Virus record (IMG/VR): IMGVR_UViG_3300025789_000028
Coordinates: 28,060-92,059 of that record
From: a virus
Direction: 5' to 3' (one strand)
Length of the DNA stretch: 64,000 nt
Part shown: one piece after another, positions 38,311 to 45,479 of the stretch
Numbering within the stretch: the stretch's first letter is position 1
Layout: each line of letters begins with the position of its first letter
The notes under the pieces: model-generated
Database searches by the model: none
What the model saw: the letters and a program-made list of their open reading frames with translations, nothing else
Told to the model about the DNA's origin: nothing
Translations under genes and position numbers: made by a program

Positions 38311-38513
38311 TTGTAATGTAGTTTAGGCTGATACCTGATAAATGATAGTAGGATTCGAACCTACACGCTGTTTCCAACAGGGACCGGATATGGCCCCTAT
38401 GTCTACCAATTTCATCATATCAACTCCCTTCTATTCGCTCGGCAAAGCTACTGTCAGGGGTCAAGTTTCAGACTGCTTTCAGATTGCCGTCATCAGCCTA
38501 AACTACACTACAA
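38311..38513 (-). ncRNA. long-stem ncRNA enclosing a tRNA-Leu-like domain
   Basis: 22 bp stem; ATGAAATTGGTAGACAT D-arm; variable arm; GTAGGTTCGAATCCTAC T-arm; no CCA. Confidence 0.7.
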
Positions 38514-38514
38514 A

Positions 38515-38596
38515 ATTTTAAAGAACCTTGTTGAGTAGTACGATCACTTTTCTCAACTCATGAATGTATTATAGCACCGAATCGATTTATTGTCAA
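38515..38596 (-). promoter_or_regulatory. consensus sigma70 promoter + hairpin + boxA-like sequence
   Basis: TTGACA-17-TATAAT; GTTGAG...CTCAAC; GGTTCTTTAAAAT. Confidence 0.8.
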
Positions 38597-38614
38597 ATTC
38601 TTGTTTGTACTACT

Positions 38615-39235
38615 TTATGCTACAAATTCCTCACACTCCTTTAGGGTAGTGATAATTTTCAAATTAGGAATCTGTCTTTTAATCACATCTAATTTTTCTT
38701 TTTGGACCAATACCGCATGCGGATTCTTGGGGTCAAGATACAAGTCCTGAATGGGTAAATAGAAGTCAGGAAAATAGTTATGAGTCTTACCTGATCTGTC
38801 AACCCATTTAATAGGTTCAGTAGGCCTTATCCAAACAACACCTAGACTGTCTAATCTCCTCGCAAGACTTTCTTCCCACGAAGAATCTAATAACACTTGA
38901 GTTCCGTCAACTTGAGTATAATACCTAGTTGATTTGACTAGTCTTCGGTGTCCCGAAGCTAGTGCTTTGTCTCTTATTTTTTCCAAAGATTCAGGAGTAT
39001 GTTTATAGTCTTTTCGGGTACTAGCTTTCCCCTTCATACTAGAAACGATTATTCTTCCTTCATCTTTTGCTTTTACAAACTGATTTCTAGGATTTTTAAT
39101 ACATTCCCTAGCTGAAACTAATTTTTCAGCATATTCAATTCGCTTAGGATTCTCATTACACCATCTACTATGGTTTGCTTTATTAGCAGGTGACAATCCC
39201 TCAAATTCTTTTTTACAATGCTTACATATAAACAT
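38615..39235 (-). CDS. putative homing endonuclease (Zn finger, NUMOD3-like, PD-(D/E)XK)
   Basis: CKHC..H..WC; KHTPESLEKI; SSWE...YFPDFYLP..DLYLDPK; start moved off the tRNA to ATG 39235. Confidence 0.8.
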   Translation of the reverse strand: MFICKHCKKEFEGLSPANKANHSRWCNENPKRIEYAEKLVSARECIKNPRNQFVKAKDEGRIIVSSMKGKASTRKDYKHTPESLEKIRDKALASGHRRLVKSTRYYTQVDGTQVLLDSSWEESLARRLDSLGVVWIRPTEPIKWVDRSGKTHNYFPDFYLPIQDLYLDPKNPHAVLVQKEKLDVIKRQIPNLKIITTLKECEEFVA

Positions 39236-39248
39236 ATATACCCTTAAA

Positions 39249-39324
39249 TGGCGCGACCGGAGAGATTCGAACTCCCGACAGACCGGGTAGAAGCCGGTTA
39301 CTCTATCCACTGAGTTACGGTCGC
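39249..39324 (-). tRNA. tRNA-Arg(TCT)
   Basis: loop CTTCTAC; CCA. Confidence 0.94.
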
Positions 39325-39387
39325 ATATATCTATTTATATATAAATGAAGTTTTTTGTACTATCCGTTGAACGAACGCCAGAATAAA

Positions 39388-39474
39388 TGGTGCCCGGAGC
39401 CGGAATCGAACCGGCACGCTCTTTCAAGCGAGAGATTTTAAGTCTCTTGTGTCTACCTATTTCACCATCCGGGC
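39388..39474 (-). tRNA. tRNA-Leu(TAA)
   Basis: loop CTTAAAA; variable arm; CCA. Confidence 0.95.
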
Positions 39475-39477
39475 TAA

Positions 39478-39546
39478 TTTTTTAAAGAACGTTGTTGATT
39501 TCTCAACTCATGCTATGATTGTAGCACCGACTTGATTTATTGTCAA
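39478..39546 (-). promoter_or_regulatory. sigma70 promoter + boxB-like hairpin + boxA-like sequence
   Basis: TTGACA-17-TACAAT; GTTGA-GAAA-TCAAC; CGTTCTTTAAAAA; near-identical to 38238..38305. Confidence 0.8.
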
Positions 39547-39565
39547 CAACTTTTTAAATTAATTT

Positions 39566-39639
39566 TGGCATCCCCCCAGGGACTCGAACCCCGACCAACA
39601 GTTTTGGAGACTGGTATGCTGCCATTACACTAGGGAGAT
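39566..39639 (-). tRNA. tRNA-Trp(CCA)
   Basis: loop CTCCAAA; G73; CCA. Confidence 0.92.
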
Positions 39640-40166
39640 AATTTATACTTTTCTTCTAATTCTGGAGTAACAAAGTTATCAAAACAGAAAAATGCGTTTT
39701 TTCTAGTTTTAGAATTTTTGCTTACAACTCTATGCAGTAAAGTTACATCCACTAAGTATGCTTTTCCATATACCATGCTAGGAGTTTCAATTATCGCCGA
39801 ATCAATAGATTCTTTTAATTGAAAAACTGCATCATTGTTGTTTAATGGAATATGTATTCTAGGATACACGTGTGGCTCATGCCACTCTACATTAAAAGGA
39901 GCCATCAATAATGAAAATCTAAATCTAAAAATCTTAGAAACATATTGGCTGAAAAAATCATCGACTATTTTAAAGTCATTGTCTTTCCATACATTTTCAT
40001 TGGGATTTTCAGTTATTACATTTTCTATTTGATTTTGCCATTGCATGTAACCTTTTGATCCGTTTGTTGATATTTGAGATTTTTTAATTATATCAAATTT
40101 ATAATTTAGAAAATCTAAAATTTCATCAGGAACATCACACAGTTCTGCAAAAGATTTATAACTCAT
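39630..40166 (-). CDS. Asp/Asn beta-hydroxylase-like cupin oxygenase
   Basis: WH..H..PRIHIPL...YLVDVTLLHRV. Confidence 0.65.
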   Translation of the reverse strand: MSYKSFAELCDVPDEILDFLNYKFDIIKKSQISTNGSKGYMQWQNQIENVITENPNENVWKDNDFKIVDDFFSQYVSKIFRFRFSLLMAPFNVEWHEPHVYPRIHIPLNNNDAVFQLKESIDSAIIETPSMVYGKAYLVDVTLLHRVVSKNSKTRKNAFFCFDNFVTPELEEKYKLSP

Positions 40167-40185
40167 CTTTTATTTATAAAGAATT

Positions 40186-40260
40186 TGGTACCTGGACACG
40201 GTTTCGAACCGCGGACCCTCTCCGTGTAAAGGAGACGCTCTACCCCTGAGCTATCCAGGC
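40186..40260 (-). tRNA. tRNA-Val(TAC)
   Basis: loop TTTACAC; CCA. Confidence 0.94.
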
Positions 40261-40265
40261 AATAT

Positions 40266-40343
40266 TGGTCTCGATGGTAGGATTCAAACCTACGACCCTC
40301 TGCTCCCAAAGCAGATGCGCTAATCAGACTGCGCTACACCGAG
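40266..40343 (-). tRNA. tRNA-Pro(TGG)
   Basis: loop TTTGGGA; C1-G72; CCA. Confidence 0.93.
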
Positions 40344-40349
40344 ATATCT

Positions 40350-40424
40350 TGGTGGACCGACGGGGATTCGAACCCCGGACTCTAGAATGCAAATCTAGTG
40401 CGTTCCCAATTACGCCATCAGCCC
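40350..40424 (-). tRNA. tRNA-Ala(TGC)
   Basis: loop TTTGCAT; G3-U70; CCA. Confidence 0.94.
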
Positions 40425-40465
40425 AACTAATCTTACTTATCTTTATTTTACTTAACTAAAAACTT

Positions 40466-40540
40466 TGGTGCCCCCACCATGATTTGAACACGGGACCTAC
40501 CGCTTACAAGGCGGGTGCTCTACCACTGAGCTATAAGGGC
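40466..40540 (-). tRNA. tRNA-Thr(TGT)
   Basis: loop CTTGTAA; CCA. Confidence 0.93.
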
Positions 40541-40546
40541 TTTGTA

Positions 40547-40622
40547 TGGCTCCTCGACCTGGGCTCGAACCAGGGACCAACGGATTAACAGTCCGGCACT
40601 CTACCAACTGAGCTATCGAGGA
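40547..40622 (-). tRNA. tRNA-Asn(GTT)
   Basis: canonical cloverleaf; loop CTGTTAA. Confidence 0.95.
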
Positions 40623-40673
40623 ATACATCTTTATTTAATATGAATTATACATGACCTAACTTTTTATGTCAAG

Positions 40674-41234
40674 TTAAATCTGTATAATTCTACTATGCTT
40701 TGGAACACCTGATAACAAATAATCCATTTGATCTGCAAGTATAGTGCGGTTCTGTAGGATCATGTTTTCATAGTGATTAGGTGCATAAGGTACATATAGC
40801 AATTCAAGTCGTGCTTCTTTAAGAGTTAGACAACCTTTCTTTTGATTACATACTTTACATGCAGTAACCACGTTTGTCCATTCATCCAAACCACCTTTGA
40901 ATCTAGGCATGATATGATCACGACTTAGATGTGAGAAGTTGGGGAAGTGTCCCCCACAATATGCACAAACATGTCGGTCTCTAGCAAACAATGTTCTGTT
41001 TGTCAATGCCACTTTACTGTGCTTAGTAAGGTTAAATCCTGAACCTCTAACTGCTATAATGCTAGTAGTTTCTAAATAACTATCAACACCATTCTTTTGT
41101 GTTCCACCGTGATATCTTGCAACTGTTTCACCTAAACTCCAGGCTACTTGATTCTTTGCATGATAACAGATGGCTTCATCATAGTTAACCCATGCTCGGG
41201 GTATACCTGATATGTCTAGGGCTAGTACTGCCAT
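40674..41234 (-). CDS. HNH endonuclease (McrA-like)
   Basis: LFARD..CAYCG...DHIMPR..GG..W.NVVTAC..CN..K. Confidence 0.9.
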   Translation of the reverse strand: MAVLALDISGIPRAWVNYDEAICYHAKNQVAWSLGETVARYHGGTQKNGVDSYLETTSIIAVRGSGFNLTKHSKVALTNRTLFARDRHVCAYCGGHFPNFSHLSRDHIMPRFKGGLDEWTNVVTACKVCNQKKGCLTLKEARLELLYVPYAPNHYENMILQNRTILADQMDYLLSGVPKHSRIIQI

Positions 41235-41292
41235 GATATCTCCTTACATATATTTAGACATTAAAAATATTTTCTTGTTAAAAAAATATGAC

Positions 41293-41384
41293 TGGTACCA
41301 GCGGAGGGGATCGAACCCTCTCAAGAACGCTAATCTGGCGCTAAAAGGCTTATAAGACCTCCCTGACTTCCAAGTCTCGCTGGC
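41293..41384 (-). tRNA. tRNA with TAT (Ile) anticodon and long variable arm
   Basis: GAGGT-CTTATAA-GCCTT; extra arm AGCGC..GCGTT; CCA. Confidence 0.8.
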
Positions 41385-41390
41385 ATTGTT

Positions 41391-41471
41391 TGGTACCCTA
41401 CCCCGGAGTCGAACCGGGATTAAAACTCTTCCTTTTGAGAGAAGCGACTTTGCCAATTTGTCTAGTAGGGC
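41391..41471 (-). tRNA. tRNA-Leu(CAA), shortened variable arm
   Basis: loop CTCAAAA; CCA. Confidence 0.85.
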
Positions 41472-41480
41472 GTACATTTT

Positions 41481-41556
41481 TGGTACCAACGACTGGAATT
41501 GAACCAGTGACACACGGATTTTCAATCCGTTGCTCTACCGACTGAGCTACATTGGT
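41481..41556 (-). tRNA. tRNA-Phe(GAA)
   Basis: loop TTGAAAA; CCA. Confidence 0.94.
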
Positions 41557-41562
41557 ATTGTT

Positions 41563-41638
41563 TGGGGTGCTGGATGGGACTCGAACCCACAACAACAGGA
41601 ATCACAATCCTGGACTCTACCATTGAGCTACCAACACC
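41563..41638 (-). tRNA. tRNA-His(GTG)
   Basis: loop TTGTGAT; G-1/C73; CCA. Confidence 0.94.
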
Positions 41639-41643
41639 ATATA

Positions 41644-41721
41644 TGGAGCGCCCAGAAGGATTCGAACCTCCGACCCTAACGTTCGTAGCGTTATGCTCTA
41701 GTCCAACTGAGCTATGGGCGC
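41644..41721 (-). tRNA. tRNA-Arg(ACG)
   Basis: loop CTACGAA; CCA. Confidence 0.94.
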
Positions 41722-41726
41722 AATTT

Positions 41727-41802
41727 TGGCAGGGGAGATGAGATTCGAACTCATGATACTGATTTCAAAGACCAGTGCCTTAGGCCTCTAGGCGACACCC
41801 CA
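41727..41802 (-). tRNA. tRNA-Gln(TTG)
   Basis: loop CTTTGAA; CCA. Confidence 0.92.
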
Positions 41803-41863
41803 ACAAATTAATAAACACTGAATGCCATTCACACTGTCATAGAGTGGGGGCGATTTTCTTCAT

Positions 41864-41954
41864 ATGCTATTCTAAAACACACATAGTCCACTCCAGTCAA
41901 TTGAGTGTGCCGCACAGGCTATTATGTTCATCCATATGTGTTTTAGAATAGCAT
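41864..41954 (-). repeat. long-stem cassette E (variant)
   Basis: ATGCTATTCTAAAACACATATGG / CTATGTGTGTTTTAGAATAGCAT, 23 bp with 2 G-U pairs. Confidence 0.75.
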
Positions 41955-42096
41955 CTTTCGATGCTATGTTAGGGTCAATGCCCCAACCAGTGATTTTACA
42001 GTCTGCGTTATCGCCACAGATTTCATCCTACTGTCCGCCCATTCGATACATTTTGCGCTGTATTCCGGCTCTCGTTGCCTGTTCACGCTAAGTTGC

Positions 42097-42125
42097 AGTT
42101 TAGTACAACTTTGATTTATTGTCAA
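42097..42125 (-). promoter_or_regulatory. sigma70-type promoter downstream of the terminator
   Basis: TTGACA-17-TAAACT. Confidence 0.6.
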
Positions 42126-42145
42126 GACTTATGTAACACATAAGC

Positions 42146-42181
42146 AAAAACCCCTGAGACTTTTTAGTTTCCCAGGGGTTT
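42146..42181 (-). terminator. intrinsic terminator (candidate attenuator)
   Basis: AAACCCCTGGGA-10 nt loop-TCTCAGGGGTTTTT. Confidence 0.85.
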
Positions 42182-42203
42182 CATAAAACTTGTTAAGTTT
42201 CAG

Positions 42204-42380
42204 TTACTTTGAACCTACTCCTCGATCTATGAAACTCCCCGGTAATCTTGTATCATAATTAAACTCTGATCCACGAATACTAGGTGTCATTGTTAAGCCA
42301 ACATTCGCCCATACTGGTTGCTGTGGTGCTATAGACCATAGTCCGGTATGTTTGGAAGTTTGACACATAATGTTTTTCAT
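42204..42380 (-). CDS. 58 aa putative leader peptide (not in ORF track)
   Basis: MKNIMCQTSKHTGLWSIAPQQPVWANVGLTMTPSIRGSEFNYDTRLPGSFIDRGVGSK; overlaps the antiterminator strand. Confidence 0.65.
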   Translation of the reverse strand: MKNIMCQTSKHTGLWSIAPQQPVWANVGLTMTPSIRGSEFNYDTRLPGSFIDRGVGSK

Positions 42381-42457
42381 AGTATGTTTATTTAGTCCTG
42401 GTTAAAAAAATCGTCAATTTAATAGTGTTTTTCTTCACTTTTTCAATCTATGTATGC

Positions 42458-42486
42458 ATTGTAGCGCCACATTGTTTATTTGTCAA
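42458..42486 (-). promoter_or_regulatory. sigma70-type promoter heading the tRNA cluster leader
   Basis: TTGACA-17-TACAAT. Confidence 0.75.
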
Positions 42487-42512
42487 GTGTTTGTTACCCA
42501 ATAAATAAAAAC

Positions 42513-43067
42513 ATGAACTATCACGCCTTTTCTCATGGTCAGACTCAAAGTAAAATTTGGCTATGCGAATCTCTAGAACCCTACATACCTGATCAAGCAA
42601 TTGTTGCTATCTTAGGCAGTTGGTACAACGTTCTAGGTTTTATGATGTTAACACGAAATCGTAATAAGTATCAATCTATTTTGGGCATAGACATTGATAC
42701 TCAAGCAATTGAGATTTCTAGTAAAGTAAATGCAGGCTGGATGATCGGTGATAGTCCCAAGATGAACAACATCGTTGCTGACGCAAACACTTATAACTAT
42801 CAAGGATTCACACTAGTCATCAACTGTAGCCCTGAACATATGCCAAATGATAGTTGGTTTGACAACATAACACCCGGCACACTGGTGTGCATACAAACAA
42901 GTGACATTGATATCAACGATGAGGTGTGGAAGGTCGTGAACCCTTGTAGGTCTATGAAAGAGTTGGCAAAAAAATATCCCCTTTCACACACCATCTTGCT
43001 AGACACACAAGACATTACATATAGTGATTGGGGATATAAAAGATTTATGTTGATTGGTGTAAAATAA
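42513..43067 (+). CDS. SAM-dependent methyltransferase-fold protein
   Basis: SKIWL, ILGSWY, GIDID, INCSPEHM, RFMLIG. Confidence 0.65.
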   Translation: MNYHAFSHGQTQSKIWLCESLEPYIPDQAIVAILGSWYNVLGFMMLTRNRNKYQSILGIDIDTQAIEISSKVNAGWMIGDSPKMNNIVADANTYNYQGFTLVINCSPEHMPNDSWFDNITPGTLVCIQTSDIDINDEVWKVVNPCRSMKELAKKYPLSHTILLDTQDITYSDWGYKRFMLIGVK

Positions 43068-43589
43068 TTACAATGCTACTTTTCCAACTGCATTGATTAC
43101 ACTTGCAATCTTGGCAACTGCTTGCAACTCAGTAACTGTCATACCTTCTTTGCGTAAGTTGTCATAGTGATTCTTTACACAGAAGTTACATTTACCAACA
43201 ATGCTTGCAGCCAATGCATACATCTCAAATTTCTTTTTGCTTACACCGCCGTGATTAGCATATGCATTCATACGCAAGCCGGGGGGTAGGCCCTTAAGAT
43301 CAGGGTCTTCAGTCATTTCAACAAATGGGTAGTACATGTTGTTCATACCCATAAGTGCTGCCGCAGTTTTAGCTGCCTTTGCTTCATCACTATCTTTCAA
43401 TGGACTTTGTGGGTCATTGTCGATATGGTATGCCAAGTCACCGTTGCCGGCTGCAACTGCTGCCACAAATGCACATGCATGTGCATCAATTGGATCAAGT
43501 CCACTGCGATTCATAACCGCATCTAAGTTTAACTTAATATCCTTAGCGTGGTCAGGGATACTTTCCTTGACTCTATCTACCCAACTCAT
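43068..43589 (-). CDS. ahpD: alkyl hydroperoxide reductase D
   Basis: PDHAKDIKLNL, MGMNN.YY, CNFCVKNH; coupled to ahpC. Confidence 0.92.
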   Translation of the reverse strand: MSWVDRVKESIPDHAKDIKLNLDAVMNRSGLDPIDAHACAFVAAVAAGNGDLAYHIDNDPQSPLKDSDEAKAAKTAAALMGMNNMYYPFVEMTEDPDLKGLPPGLRMNAYANHGGVSKKKFEMYALAASIVGKCNFCVKNHYDNLRKEGMTVTELQAVAKIASVINAVGKVAL

Positions 43590-44131
43590 AGTGTGTCTCC
43601 ACCGATTGGACGACTGCATGGGCACAATTCGCCAGTTTGCAATGCGTCAAGAATACGCAATGTTTCATCTGGATTACGACCAACATCCAAGTTATTTACT
43701 GTAACGTGTTGAATAACATTGTCAGGGTCAACAATGAATGTTGCACGAAGTGCCGCACCTGCTGGACCATAGAAGATACCCAATTGTTCTGCCAATGAAT
43801 TTTCATCACGTGCTACGTCTGCGAAACTCCATGAAGTTGTTTTCTTCAAATCCTCATGTGCATTACGCCATGCTAATTTGCAGAACTCATTGTCTGTTGA
43901 ACCGATTAATAATACTGCATCACGGTCTTCAAAGTCTTGACGTAGCTTGTCATATGCAACGATTTCAGTTGGGCAAACAAATGTGAAGTCTTTTGGATAG
44001 TAAACGATGATCTTCCATTTACCTTCAAAACTTTGATCTGTGATTGTTTCAAATGCATTGTCTGGTGTCAACGCTCCTGGCTTAACGCCTGTGACTGCAA
44101 AACTTGTGATTTTATCGCCGATTGTTTTCAT
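43586..44131 (-). CDS. ahpC: peroxiredoxin
   Basis: YPKDFTFVCPTE, GRN.DE.LR.LDALQ, LCPC. Confidence 0.95.
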   Translation of the reverse strand: MKTIGDKITSFAVTGVKPGALTPDNAFETITDQSFEGKWKIIVYYPKDFTFVCPTEIVAYDKLRQDFEDRDAVLLIGSTDNEFCKLAWRNAHEDLKKTTSWSFADVARDENSLAEQLGIFYGPAGAALRATFIVDPDNVIQHVTVNNLDVGRNPDETLRILDALQTGELCPCSRPIGGDTL

Positions 44132-44156
44132 ATTTTTCTCCTTGTGTGTAATGAAA

Positions 44157-44501
44157 TTATTTTTGTGCCCTACAATTAGGACAAATTAAAAGTAAATTAG
44201 TTTCTTCGTTGTTATGTGTATTGTTATCCTTGTGTACTACAACTAATGGTGCATCTTGATTTTGCCATTTTTCTATACCGCATGATTCACATTTGTGACC
44301 TCGGGAAGAAATCAAATATTTCTTAACATAATCAGGAACCTGTCTCCATGCTGTTGATTTTTCATTCTCTTTCCATTGACTAACAAGTTGTCTACTGCGG
44401 TGTTCTGCCTGACACTTGTTATTGCAATACTTGTAGGTATACACTTCGCCTTTTCTAGGGTTGACTCTACCACAATTTAAACAAGTGAAACAATTATTCA
44501 T
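44157..44501 (-). CDS. HNH endonuclease-like protein (possibly degenerate)
   Basis: similar to 32263..32652; ICPNCR in place of CPNCH. Confidence 0.75.
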   Translation of the reverse strand: MNNCFTCLNCGRVNPRKGEVYTYKYCNNKCQAEHRSRQLVSQWKENEKSTAWRQVPDYVKKYLISSRGHKCESCGIEKWQNQDAPLVVVHKDNNTHNNEETNLLLICPNCRAQK

Positions 44502-44599
44502 ACCTTCTTGAAAACCTCATAATATTACTTAGTGCTTTTAAGTTAGGATTATATACTACTATATAGCAAAACTATAGTATATTGGGTATATTGAATATG

Positions 44600-45322
44600 T
44601 TAATTCCAATACTTTGATGAATCTAAACGGTCCCAGTATTGTTTATTATTGCGATTAATAAAATTCGTAATTAGATATTTTCCCATACCAAAATATCCCA
44701 TCCTCTTAAATCTACGACTATCTTGTCCAAAGTGATGTTTGATTATTTTAAACTTCTTTGGACTGTACTTTCTAGACAGAAAATAGTCCTCGGATGTTGA
44801 AAACTGTTCGGGGAATCCACCATACTCCTCAAACTTATCTTTACGAGTTAACATGAATGCCCCAACAGCAAAAGGACTAAAATGTTTTAGTGTGTGGTTT
44901 ATTGTGTTAAAGAGAGCAAATCCAAATTTTGCTCTTGGGTCTTTGTCATAGCATTTAATGTTTAATCCAATAAGGTCTAGCTTTTTAGATTCCATTTCAT
45001 TGACTGCATCACGGATAACTGTGCTCTTAAAAAAACGAACATCGGCATCAATGAACAATATATACGGAGTATTGACTAATTTAGCGCCGTTGTTTTTGGC
45101 AATACTTACAGGGCCACCGTCAATGATTTCCACATTTAGATTTCCTTTTGTTGCTTTAATAACTTCTCTAGTATTGTCAGTCGAACAGTCTGCAATAATA
45201 ATTCTAGTACTACCTATCATTTGATTGCGTAGATGTGTTAGTAAATAAGGAATATAGTTTTCTTCATTCTTGCAAGGAACTACAATGGTAATTTTTTCAC
45301 TAAGATTCATTTTTTTACGCAC
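44600..45322 (-). CDS. GT2 glycosyltransferase
   Basis: IVVPCKNEE, STDNT, FIDAD, ED. Confidence 0.9.
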   Translation of the reverse strand: MRKKMNLSEKITIVVPCKNEENYIPYLLTHLRNQMIGSTRIIIADCSTDNTREVIKATKGNLNVEIIDGGPVSIAKNNGAKLVNTPYILFIDADVRFFKSTVIRDAVNEMESKKLDLIGLNIKCYDKDPRAKFGFALFNTINHTLKHFSPFAVGAFMLTRKDKFEEYGGFPEQFSTSEDYFLSRKYSPKKFKIIKHHFGQDSRRFKRMGYFGMGKYLITNFINRNNKQYWDRLDSSKYWN

Positions 45323-45479
45323 CTTCCTTCAATTTTAAATTGATTGAATTTCAACCAATATGTCATACTTTGTAGACTTTGCTCACATGATACTTTATCT
45401 TGAAATATCAATTCAATACGCCCCGGAACATCTTTTGGATCGTTCACATGTACTGCTAGTAGTATCATTAACCACATTG

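Noticed and set aside
38311-38513. Assignment as YrlA/Y RNA
   Set aside because: No recognisable Ro60-binding helix, arm order is not permuted, and no Ro60/TROVE gene in the window; left unassigned.
35402-41595. Short track ORFs overlapping tRNA genes (e.g. 35402..35611, 36238..36423, 41244..41525, 41398..41595)
   Set aside because: They are translations of tRNA/ncRNA sequence.
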